Virus record (IMG/VR): IMGVR_UViG_3300006916_000214
Span: 1 to 30,717 of that record
Reading direction: 5' to 3' (one strand)
DNA from: a virus
Taxonomy: Duplodnaviria > Caudoviricetes
DNA length: 30,717 nt
How positions within the stretch are numbered: position 1 is the first letter of the stretch; every line of letters starts with the position of its first letter. Below the pieces are notes generated by a model, which was not told where the DNA came from, did not search any database, and saw only the letters and a program-made list of their open reading frames with translations. A program made the translations under genes and the position numbers. Below are positions 9,175 through 18,133 of this stretch, piece by piece.

Positions 9175-9342
9175 TCATATTTTCTTAGCTTTTTCTTGCA
9201 AGTCAGATAAACTGGTTGCAGTCTTAATCGCACGAAGCAGCGCGTTTAGACGCTGCTCCGTTTCATTTACTTTTTCGTTTGTTTCAAACTGCCACGCGTT
9301 ATGGCTAAGGTCTTCTGAAACAGGTGGATTATTTACCGGCAC
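9175..9342 (-). CDS. 55-aa short coiled-coil protein, possible tail plug/needle-like protein
   Basis: Not in the ORF track (under 60 aa). GTG start overlaps the upstream TAG, with GGAGGAG upstream: MPVNNPPVSEDLSHNAWQFETNEKVNETEQRLNALLRAIKTATSLSDLQEKAKKI*. It fills the gap exactly. Confidence 0.7.
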   Translation of the reverse strand: MPVNNPPVSEDLSHNAWQFETNEKVNETEQRLNALLRAIKTATSLSDLQEKAKKI

Positions 9343-12300
9343 TACTTTTCTCCTCCTTTATCGATATCTAATTGATACCCGGATACAGACCAAGCTCGAC
9401 TATTATTTGCTGCTGCGCCATCTGTAGGCTCTGCGTCATCAATACGCAGGTTTGCAAATCGACCGTTGACACGCATATCGACTTTATAATTGTCGCCAAT
9501 AATAAACTCGTTTTCGCGATCAGCGCTTGTTTGTAAGCTTGGAAGTTCAGCAGTATTATCTGTGCCAGTCATACGCAAGTTAATAGTAGCTCTAAACAAA
9601 GGACCACCAAGAACTTGACGTGTACCACCATCTGCCCACATAGCTACACGACTTATCTCTTCTGTATCAAACTCAGGCGAGACCGGAAGATCTCTACGTT
9701 CTACAAATGAGATGTACTGAGTACCGGCTACATTATTGTATGGATCTGCTCCAAACTCGTAGCCAATGTCAGCTGCGCGTATGCGGTTAGATGTAACTAC
9801 ACCGTTAGCATTACTTGACGTTTGAATAAAGATAGGATAGTTACGTCCTTTCTTTACTTGATCAATAGGCCAAGGCCTGTCAGGATCAAACGTACTAACA
9901 ACACTAATAGTCTCAGCTATTGTTGCGTCGACTATTGGTGTAGGAACTGTAACAGCTAATGTAGAAGGTGATGTAGTTCCTCTACTCAAAACTTGAATAG
10001 ACTGAACCCACAATCCATTTTGACTGTACTGTACTGGAGTTGCTGACACCTTTTCGTTTGCGCTATCTCGAGTAACAGACAATCTACGACCTGCAAAACT
10101 CTTAATCTCAGTGAAAAGCTCAGTAGAGATTTGAGTTATATTGTAAGTTGTAGAACTGCTGCCACCTGAGTAAATGTCAGTAACAAACGCAGTGTTAGTA
10201 GCTAACGCACCGTTGTAAGTTCCTCCAAATACAAAGTCTTGGAAGTCTCCGTTAGAGTAGTTTACACGATACACAGTTGGTTCAGAATACCTAACAGTAA
10301 TACCAGCAGTAGTTTCAGTTGCTGTAGACGCAGACACCGGATCAAGATAAACCTTAAACAGATTATTCTTGTCGTCAGGAGTTTGCTCATACAGATAACT
10401 TTGAACTACACCTGTTCCTAAGCCGTTGTCTAGCCTATTTACCGAGTAGTTTCCTACTGTAGTAAACGTAACGGTAGATCCTGTTCCACCTGTAGTCCAC
10501 CCTGTAAACGTTGCAGCTCTAATTAAGGCAGCGATATCAGACGAGCTAAGCTCAGCATCTGTCGTGCCAGTCATAGGTACTGTTACGTTTTGTGCAGGCA
10601 AAAACTGACTAGCAGGTAAGCTAACTACTACATCAGCAGTTCCTGTACTTGAGTTCTGACCAGGCTGTAGCTCTGTGAAAGCTCCAGCAAAGTTAGATGG
10701 AAGCAAGTTATCAGGGTCTGAAACGACAGACACATTGATAAAGTTACTATTAGGACCTTTAGCAGTTCTCGTAGCTGTAATGATTGCACCACTACTATTT
10801 GCTGTCCATGCCGCAGTATTTTGCAAGGCAAGAGCCAGCTTAGACGCAATGTCATCTTGATCGTTTGTACCAAACAAAACTGTATCGGTATTAGTACCAT
10901 CAAAAGACAAGCGAACAATAGGAGCAGTAACTGATCCAATACCTCCACTTGCAACTACTGCAAGATTAGCAGAAACATTACCACCAAACGTGGTCTCTGG
11001 ATATTTAACTCCATCCTTCTCAGTGAAGAAGCTAAACGAAAGAGAGCCGTCGTTAGTAGAACCTGCAACAACGCTATCTACTGTAAGAACAAGATCGTTA
11101 GCTGGCGATGTACCTCCTAACGAAGTTCCTGCAATTGTGATAGTATCGTTTACAGCGTATCCGCTTCCTGGACTGTTGCTTTTATCTGGATCAGCAAACG
11201 TAACAAGATAAGCTCCTTGTCCGTCTGTTGATATGTCAAATGTAGCGCCTGTTCCTGATCCACTAGTGGAAGTTTGACTTACGCCAGTGTAATCGTTTTG
11301 ACCTGCTGAAGTACCTGTTGTAGTAGACGATATAGATCTTATAGCGCCTGCTTGAATAGGTACACGCGTGATCAACACAGGATCTGCGCCAGATTGCTTA
11401 GTTACGTAGTAATAGGCTCCAATTGGCTGCGTTTGATTAGGGATACCAGGATCTCTACCACCAAACTCTACATATGTTTGTAGCTCGTTAACGATATGGT
11501 CGCTAAAGTCGGACTCGTCAGTAATGTCTGTTACAAACGGAGACAAGTCAATGTTAATAGCTGGTACGTTAGATGTAGCTGCTTGAGATACTGTAGTAGA
11601 AATAGCTGGGCTATCAGCCGCAGATATTCCGTAGTATCCTACTCCTGGATCTACGTTAGTAGACGATGCAGTAACACTTGCGCTTGTACCATCAGACACT
11701 GTATACGAGCCTTGTACGTTAATACTTGAAGACTGCGTATTAGCAAGCAGTGTTTGATAGCTAGTAGTAAGTGTTAATGCTGCTGGTACAGTTGTTGAAG
11801 CTGGACCAGTATTAGCTGACTTACGAACCTTAAAGTCGTAACCAATACCTGTAGCATTATTAGCAAAAGAAAATCCAAACGAAGCAGAAGAAGTACCCGG
11901 TTGATAAGTATTAAAATACCACTCAACTCTACAACTAGTTAAATCGTAAAGATAATAGATATTACTTTCAACTACTCCAGATCCACTAGCCATACTACTT
12001 TGATTTGGATTACCTGGATTACTTGTGTGTCGTCTTGCGGGTGCTTGACCATCACTAAGATGATTACGAGTAATTTCCATTGTATAATAATGTGTACCAG
12101 TTAAAAACGTACCATTTGAAGTTGTTCTGTGTCTACCTGTTACAACCATGGTAATGTAATAAGGTTGTTGGGTATAACCGCTTTGACCTGCAGTCCAACG
12201 CCAGCCATGCCTACCTGCAGTTACACTTGATGCATGTAAATAACAAACTTGCTGGTCAGTTTCACGAACCATTGAAGTTCCCCAACCATTTTGATTACCA

Positions 12301-15300
12301 CTAAATGTTCGGTTATGCCATTGAAAACTAAAGCTACTACCTAAGTTTGAGCGATAGTTAACTGGCGGTGAACCATGCGGTGCATTCAAATCTTCGTATG
12401 TAATAGACTTAGTATACGTTGCTGAACTATCAACACGATCAATTTCAATAGTTGAACCAGCAACAGTGGCTCCGTTAGGATCAGCTACGTTAGTGTTTAT
12501 GTTTTGAGTAGTCGTCTGAACCATGTTACCGGTCCAGTTTGTATTCGTATAAACACCATTAAAGCTTGCCGTAGCGCTTTGACCCGAAGGTAAAGAGCCT
12601 ACGTCTTGAGAAGTACTAGATCCAGCCGCTGCAAGATGAACGTTAAACAGCTCTGTTTGAAGCGGATGAGTGGCGTTTGTACGATTGTTTGTAATCGTAT
12701 AATCAGTGCGAATAGGATCTTGCCACAAAAACACTACGCCCGGAGGAATAGCATTCCATGTACAACATGCTGGATTATCAGAGTGGGCTTGTGTACCATC
12801 ACCCCAAGCACGGCCACTTGGCGTCCATCTTAGACTACTTGGTTGTGTACGACCTTGGTATTGAGAACCACCGCCGTTAAGCGTAAAGTAGCCACGACCA
12901 CCGTTACGACTACCACCACGATTGTTTTCGCCCGATAGTACAGAACTAGTTGATCCTTCTCCTCTAAATCTTACGTAATTAGTTACTCCACTAGGAGCAG
13001 ATGTAGGTGTAACAACGTTTGATTGGCCAGCAGGAGAACTGTTATAGCCTTTCTTACCACCTGGAGCAGTAATGTCAGCTAGCAAAGTTCCACCACGATA
13101 CCAACGAATACGCGAAGCTCGGCCATCATAGCCTTCACCACCAAACCTGTCAAACCGCATAGCTGCACCTGCAGTTACGCTAATAGTATCTCCTACTTGC
13201 GCTGCAATTGTGCCTTTAGCTGCTGCAGCTGCGCCACCACCGTAGTTGTGGTCAGCACCACCTCCACCTGAGCCAGACAAAATAAAGTATAGATTACCTT
13301 GGCGAGTAACTGTGTATGTGGCATTTAAGTCAGTACCATCAGGACCGCCAGCTCCGGCGCTTGTCCATCCACCAAGAAAGGCTTGCAAAGCGTTAATGTT
13401 ATCTTGGCTTGTAGGAAATATGTGACCGTTTCTGTCGTTGTTACTTGTGTTGCCCCAATTTGACCAACTGTTTGTTTGATAGTAAGGTACAGCAGAAGTT
13501 CCACCAGTACCCGGTACTGTAAATTGTCCTGACGACCCAAGGTTTACATGCTGGTACGTGACTGAAACGCCGTTGTTAGTACCTGTACCACTTGTCGAGG
13601 TAGTTGTACCGGTGTATGACAAGGCAGAAATATTAGATATGTTTCTAATACCTACTGCGTTAGACGTTAGCGTAACCGTTTGACCAACTGCTGTAGCTGT
13701 GTAATCAAATATTGGATCAGTGCTAGCCGTAATGCCATTAATATAATTAGCAAGTGCTGTTGCAACATCTGAACCAGTTTTTGCTAAACCATCGTTAGTT
13801 GGAAATAGCTGTGAGCCATTAATAGTAAGGTTAGTTGCAGTACTATTATTAGTTTGCGTCCAACTTACTTGAAAACCACCACCAATAGCTGTCGATCTTG
13901 TAAACAGTGTAGCATTAGGAAAGGTTATTGTGTGAGAAGCTACTTCAGTATCTTCACCTGCATCTCCAGAAACTGTAACTTCAATTTGCTCGTATCCTGC
14001 TGCAGTATATGAAGGTACCGTAGGCAAAGTACGACGCTGAATTTGTGGAACGCCAGTATGTGGAGCACGTATCTTACCTGAAACAGTAAGCGACTGTACT
14101 TCTTGGCGACCTAAGTTCATTGCTGTATCGCTACCTGAAGTGCCTGATGTAGGCTGAATCGCAGCTACTGGAATACCACCACCTCTTACCGGTGAAGTAT
14201 CTCCTGAAATAACGTCATTCAAATCGCGCTTAGTCCAAGTAGAATCACGATAATTCCAAATCAAAGCTTCATCGCATTCACCTGCTACTGAGTCGATTGT
14301 AGGATAGCAAATCCAAATCTCATCATGAGCCACATTAAGCAACGTAAACAGCGACGCTTCATGCAGCGGGCTAAGCTGATCAAAGAAGTACTGACGTACT
14401 TTAGAGTCCGCCACCGATTGAATGTTTGCTGGGTGACCAGGAAATAGGTAAATATCGTTGTTACCGATAACAAAGTGTTTACCATCATATTCAATAACGG
14501 CATCAGTAGACAAAGCACCATAGCTGTCTGTAACAGGATTAAACGAAACAGGAACATCAGCGTTACCGGTAAGACGCATGACATGAATACTGTTAGTGGT
14601 ATAAATGTACAGCGCGCCTTGTAAGGATACAAGATCCTGAACCACGTTAGTATCAGACAAGATAAATTCTTCAGCGGTACTTACACCACTTGCAAACGGA
14701 TTCCAGTTATGTGGCAAAGCGCCCGGTAAGGCCAAGTCTGAGGTACGTACAACACCTGCAAGTTTACGTACAATGTTTCCGCTGCTCTGATTTACTTCTG
14801 TCAAATCACCTGCAACAAGCAACTGCCCAAACGATCTGATAATATTACAGCGAACCTCTACAGGCTGCAAAGACTCTAGTATAACCTTCATAGCGTTGCC
14901 GTCTGCAATAGACTGCGAATTAAACGTTAACGTATGAGTATTTGTGCTAGCATTAAGAGCTAGCGTAATATTGTTTGTAGTTCCTACGGCAGTAAACGTA
15001 TAATTTGAGTTATGAACTTCGACCTTAAGTCTATACTCTGTAAAGTCAATCTTAACTCCAAGGTCGAATGTATAGCCAAACTCGGTACGCCAAGTCATGT
15101 CATATAAGGCGCTTTCAATATTATATGAGTCCCAACCCGGCAACTCAAATAGGTTGCCAAGCTGGGTTACGTCTACTGTTGTAGTCTCGTCTTTAATTGC
15201 ATGAGGCTTTTGAATACCATTATTAATGATAAACGTAAAACCACCTGAGAAAAGTGTATGCTGCCACCTACCGTTTGTTGCAAAACCTGGATAGCCGTCG

Positions 15301-15695
15301 GCATTCGTCAAGCCAGTTGGAGTAATATCTTCACGGTTTCCTGATTGGTCTTGCACATAAACTCTATGGGCGATAGGAACTCCTTGTGAGTTAAGGACTT
15401 CCATGACATAGATGTAATAGCCATACAGATCTCCAAGATTTGGATTAGGCCAATAGGCAATATACTTAGAAGCTCCAAGCTCGTTGCCAGTACCTGTATA
15501 AATCGTATCCAAGTTTGAATCAGCTGCAATATTATTTAGAAGAACTTCGCCTTCCATTTTATTTACTGCACCATTACCAAACCGTACATTTTTGCCGTCG
15601 CTAAAAGCGTTTTGCGCGATGCTGGAAGGAGCTGTGTCAATCACTAGTCCGTACTGAGACAGATTAGCAATTGGTGGCGTATTCATTTCAGCCAT
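9342..15695 (-). CDS. Tail nozzle/stabilisation protein (tail tubular B, P22 gp10-like) with a very large inserted region
   Basis: 2117 aa. The N-terminal ~500 aa (AFSDGKNVRF, GALYIYT..SIHVM, HFVIGNNDIYLF, DEIWICYP, WNYRDSTWT) and the C-terminal ~180 aa (SFVERRDL, KVDMRVNGRF, WSVSGYQLDI) look like a podophage beta-propeller nozzle. The middle is Ser/Thr/Gly-rich beta domains. Confidence 0.7.
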   Translation of the reverse strand: MAEMNTPPIANLSQYGLVIDTAPSSIAQNAFSDGKNVRFGNGAVNKMEGEVLLNNIAADSNLDTIYTGTGNELGASKYIAYWPNPNLGDLYGYYIYVMEVLNSQGVPIAHRVYVQDQSGNREDITPTGLTNADGYPGFATNGRWQHTLFSGGFTFIINNGIQKPHAIKDETTTVDVTQLGNLFELPGWDSYNIESALYDMTWRTEFGYTFDLGVKIDFTEYRLKVEVHNSNYTFTAVGTTNNITLALNASTNTHTLTFNSQSIADGNAMKVILESLQPVEVRCNIIRSFGQLLVAGDLTEVNQSSGNIVRKLAGVVRTSDLALPGALPHNWNPFASGVSTAEEFILSDTNVVQDLVSLQGALYIYTTNSIHVMRLTGNADVPVSFNPVTDSYGALSTDAVIEYDGKHFVIGNNDIYLFPGHPANIQSVADSKVRQYFFDQLSPLHEASLFTLLNVAHDEIWICYPTIDSVAGECDEALIWNYRDSTWTKRDLNDVISGDTSPVRGGGIPVAAIQPTSGTSGSDTAMNLGRQEVQSLTVSGKIRAPHTGVPQIQRRTLPTVPSYTAAGYEQIEVTVSGDAGEDTEVASHTITFPNATLFTRSTAIGGGFQVSWTQTNNSTATNLTINGSQLFPTNDGLAKTGSDVATALANYINGITASTDPIFDYTATAVGQTVTLTSNAVGIRNISNISALSYTGTTTSTSGTGTNNGVSVTYQHVNLGSSGQFTVPGTGGTSAVPYYQTNSWSNWGNTSNNDRNGHIFPTSQDNINALQAFLGGWTSAGAGGPDGTDLNATYTVTRQGNLYFILSGSGGGGADHNYGGGAAAAAKGTIAAQVGDTISVTAGAAMRFDRFGGEGYDGRASRIRWYRGGTLLADITAPGGKKGYNSSPAGQSNVVTPTSAPSGVTNYVRFRGEGSTSSVLSGENNRGGSRNGGRGYFTLNGGGSQYQGRTQPSSLRWTPSGRAWGDGTQAHSDNPACCTWNAIPPGVVFLWQDPIRTDYTITNNRTNATHPLQTELFNVHLAAAGSSTSQDVGSLPSGQSATASFNGVYTNTNWTGNMVQTTTQNINTNVADPNGATVAGSTIEIDRVDSSATYTKSITYEDLNAPHGSPPVNYRSNLGSSFSFQWHNRTFSGNQNGWGTSMVRETDQQVCYLHASSVTAGRHGWRWTAGQSGYTQQPYYITMVVTGRHRTTSNGTFLTGTHYYTMEITRNHLSDGQAPARRHTSNPGNPNQSSMASGSGVVESNIYYLYDLTSCRVEWYFNTYQPGTSSASFGFSFANNATGIGYDFKVRKSANTGPASTTVPAALTLTTSYQTLLANTQSSSINVQGSYTVSDGTSASVTASSTNVDPGVGYYGISAADSPAISTTVSQAATSNVPAINIDLSPFVTDITDESDFSDHIVNELQTYVEFGGRDPGIPNQTQPIGAYYYVTKQSGADPVLITRVPIQAGAIRSISSTTTGTSAGQNDYTGVSQTSTSGSGTGATFDISTDGQGAYLVTFADPDKSNSPGSGYAVNDTITIAGTSLGGTSPANDLVLTVDSVVAGSTNDGSLSFSFFTEKDGVKYPETTFGGNVSANLAVVASGGIGSVTAPIVRLSFDGTNTDTVLFGTNDQDDIASKLALALQNTAAWTANSSGAIITATRTAKGPNSNFINVSVVSDPDNLLPSNFAGAFTELQPGQNSSTGTADVVVSLPASQFLPAQNVTVPMTGTTDAELSSSDIAALIRAATFTGWTTGGTGSTVTFTTVGNYSVNRLDNGLGTGVVQSYLYEQTPDDKNNLFKVYLDPVSASTATETTAGITVRYSEPTVYRVNYSNGDFQDFVFGGTYNGALATNTAFVTDIYSGGSSSTTYNITQISTELFTEIKSFAGRRLSVTRDSANEKVSATPVQYSQNGLWVQSIQVLSRGTTSPSTLAVTVPTPIVDATIAETISVVSTFDPDRPWPIDQVKKGRNYPIFIQTSSNANGVVTSNRIRAADIGYEFGADPYNNVAGTQYISFVERRDLPVSPEFDTEEISRVAMWADGGTRQVLGGPLFRATINLRMTGTDNTAELPSLQTSADRENEFIIGDNYKVDMRVNGRFANLRIDDAEPTDGAAANNSRAWSVSGYQLDIDKGGEK

Positions 15696-15873
15696 TATAT
15701 TCTCTCCATTTATCTATAGGACATGACGCAGAAGCCAGTCTAGTTTTAAGTGACATTATACATTTACATTGAGAACAAAAGTCAAGAGCAGATTTATAGT
15801 ATTCACATTGATTGCATATACTCTTCCGCTCCTGTCTGATTTCCGGTGGCGGGCCAACGACCTCTATGCGCAT
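15688..15873 (-). CDS. Small Cys-rich protein (DUF6171-like, putative metal binding)
   Basis: Likely start ATG 15873 (MRIEVV), 61 aa; pattern R..ICNQC-x9-CSQCKC...K......CP..KW; overlaps both neighbouring genes. Confidence 0.65.
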   Translation of the reverse strand: MRIEVVGPPPEIRQERKSICNQCEYYKSALDFCSQCKCIMSLKTRLASASCPIDKWREYNG

Positions 15874-17639
15874 TCTTTTTGGCCAGTGAGCGGGTCGATG
15901 AAGCAAGCCTCAACCTTTCCCTCTTCTTCAGCCACTTCCGTAGTCTCGCTAGGTACCTCCGCTTCTTCTTCCACGGTTTGGAGTACCCCAAATCTTTTAC
16001 CACTAAGTCGGAACGTTGTGCATCCCTTCGCCCCGCCTTTCCAGGCATCAACATAGACCTGTTTGAACTCATCATATGAGACGTCATCTCCTACATTACA
16101 CGTTTTTGAGCACGCAGAATCAATGTAGTTTTGAGCTAAAAGCAAAACTGCTAAATGATCCTGTACTGAAATATCATTTGCTGTTTTACCTTCTACACCA
16201 TGAGCATAAGCATAATCCTCCACTCTTTCAACCTTCGGGCCCTCAAAGGTTTGAATGGTACGGTCATAGTAATGACTAAATACCGGCTCAATTCCTCCAC
16301 TAATGTTATCAGCAACTAGGCTAATAGTACCTGTAGGAGCGATTGAAGTGAGATGTGAGTTACGAATGCCATGTTCACGAATCTCCTTCTTAACTGAGGC
16401 CGGTAGACCTCTAATAAAGTTTGACTTCAAGTAGTCTTCACGATAGAGCGGGAATGCGCCCTTTTCTTTTGCAAGTCGAGCTGATGCTCTGTAGCAATTG
16501 TCACGCAAGCAGGCGAATACCTTTTCTGCCCACACAAGGAACTCGTCTGAGGCATACGGCATACCGAGCATTTCTCCGGCATTAGCCAAACCAGTGACGC
16601 CAAGTCCCATACGGCGCTTGTTCTTTGCTTCGTCTGATTGCTGTTTGAGTGGATAGATAGTTCTATCAATGACATTATCCATAGCCCTCACGACTTCCTG
16701 AATGTCCTTCTTGAATTGATTAAAATCAAAGTGGGCGTGCCTTACTTCAGCGTCAGTATCTGGAAGCGTGATCGGCATAGTGACATACTTTGTTAGATTA
16801 AAGGAACCAAGCAGGCAAGCGCCATAAGCAGGCAAAGGCTGCTCACCACACGGGTTTGTGGCGCTGATGTCTTCGCAATAAAATAGGTTATTGTATTCAG
16901 CAATGCGGTCAATGAACAGCACACCAGGTTCTGCCCAATCCCAAGTCGACGACATGATTTCGTCCCACAATGCTTTCGCATCAATGGTCTTGTGTTCGAC
17001 TCCATTGAAGCGCAGTGTAAAAGAACTATCCCCATCATTGAGAACGGCCTCCATAAATTCGTCTGTGATACCTACACTAACGTTAAAACCAGTAAGCTTG
17101 TCAGAATTACGTTTAGCAGCAACGAACTCCTCAATGTCCGGATGGTCAACCCTAAGAACGCCCATCTGTGCACCTCGCCGATGTCCCGAACTCGCGATGG
17201 TTTGGCATACAGCATCAAATATGCCCATAAAACTAACCGGCCCCGACGACTGGCTATCAAGTGATTTAATCCTGTCACCACGTGGGCGGATCTTAGAGAA
17301 GTCATAACCGATACCGCCTCCTCTACGCATAGTTTCAGCTGCTTCACTGGCCTTCTCCATAATGCTATTCATACTGTCTTCAATATCACCACTTACAAAA
17401 CAGTTGTAGGCAGTAGTAATTCTGTTTGATCCAACGGCTGCTTGTACTCGTCCTGCTGGCAGAAAACGCATATTACCTAGAATATCTTCCAGATTATAAC
17501 GATGTTCTTGACCATCACAGAGAGCCCTTGCAATACGTTTAATCTTTTCATCAAAGCTTTCGTTTTCTTGACGATACTTCATCATGTCGATCTCTTGCGA
17601 CAACGAGCTTTGAGGTCCGAGATATTCTGTGTTATGCAT
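15864..17639 (-). CDS. nrdJ: Ribonucleotide reductase class II, adenosylcobalamin-dependent
   Basis: Start ATG 17639 (MHNTEY) behind GAGGA; 591 aa. Motifs AYNCFV, RRGGGIG, TNPCGEQPL, GACLLGSFNL, IAPTGTIS and a C-terminal Cys pair (CFIDPLTGQKEC). No class Ia YY pair, no ATP cone and no nrdB in the window. Confidence 0.88.
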   Translation of the reverse strand: MHNTEYLGPQSSLSQEIDMMKYRQENESFDEKIKRIARALCDGQEHRYNLEDILGNMRFLPAGRVQAAVGSNRITTAYNCFVSGDIEDSMNSIMEKASEAAETMRRGGGIGYDFSKIRPRGDRIKSLDSQSSGPVSFMGIFDAVCQTIASSGHRRGAQMGVLRVDHPDIEEFVAAKRNSDKLTGFNVSVGITDEFMEAVLNDGDSSFTLRFNGVEHKTIDAKALWDEIMSSTWDWAEPGVLFIDRIAEYNNLFYCEDISATNPCGEQPLPAYGACLLGSFNLTKYVTMPITLPDTDAEVRHAHFDFNQFKKDIQEVVRAMDNVIDRTIYPLKQQSDEAKNKRRMGLGVTGLANAGEMLGMPYASDEFLVWAEKVFACLRDNCYRASARLAKEKGAFPLYREDYLKSNFIRGLPASVKKEIREHGIRNSHLTSIAPTGTISLVADNISGGIEPVFSHYYDRTIQTFEGPKVERVEDYAYAHGVEGKTANDISVQDHLAVLLLAQNYIDSACSKTCNVGDDVSYDEFKQVYVDAWKGGAKGCTTFRLSGKRFGVLQTVEEEAEVPSETTEVAEEEGKVEACFIDPLTGQKECA

Positions 17640-17689
17640 TTGTCTTTCCTCTTTACATAGTTTTCGGGTCTGTAATAGGAGACACGACA

Positions 17690-18133
17690 CTACGCAAGAG
17701 CATGCATTCTATTCACCAATCTTTCTGCTCTATTAGGAACTTGCTTATACCAACGACTATCAACCATCTCATATCCAGCAGCATTCCAATCTCTAGCATC
17801 TACAGCTTCTTTCATCTTTTTGAATTTGCTTAGACGTGGCCTACCCATGTTAAACATCATATTCGCTATGACCCTCTGGGCTTCTTCAGGTAGATCTTCG
17901 AAGTCAGGATATAGTATCATGCAATCGTTAAGAACCAGCTCAACGTCGTTGTAGAAACATGTATTCACTCGGCTTTCCGAGACTGGCGTTCCGATAGGTT
18001 GTCCATGTTCAGGATCAGCCTCAGTAATAAGGTGACCAATGCCAAAAGTAGGCAGACCAAGATGATCGAGATAAATTTCATACTTTACACCTTCGTCTGC
18101 TATAATCTCTTCTTTAAAAGCGTCTATGTTCAT
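17690..18133 (-). CDS. Endolysin, GH24 (T4-type) lysozyme
   Basis: Catalytic triad E-x8-D-x5-T (EGVKYEIYLDHLGLPTFGIGH), plus MMFNMG and SRWYKQVPNRA. Confidence 0.92.
   Translation of the reverse strand: MNIDAFKEEIIADEGVKYEIYLDHLGLPTFGIGHLITEADPEHGQPIGTPVSESRVNTCFYNDVELVLNDCMILYPDFEDLPEEAQRVIANMMFNMGRPRLSKFKKMKEAVDARDWNAAGYEMVDSRWYKQVPNRAERLVNRMHALA

Noticed and set aside
15769-17347. Short ORFs overlapping nrdJ, as possible homing endonuclease, intron or intein
   Set aside because: NrdJ is continuous and compact with all motifs in order; no HNH, LAGLIDADG, GIY-YIG or intein splice motifs seen.
15864-17639. Class Ia RNR alpha subunit (nrdA)
   Set aside because: Lacks the C-terminal YY radical-transfer pair (reads GCTTFR) and has no adjacent nrdB.
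17640-17689. Cobalamin riboswitch or intrinsic terminator upstream of nrdJ
   Set aside because: The gap is only 50 nt, too short for a cobalamin riboswitch, and shows no GC-rich hairpin with a U-tract.
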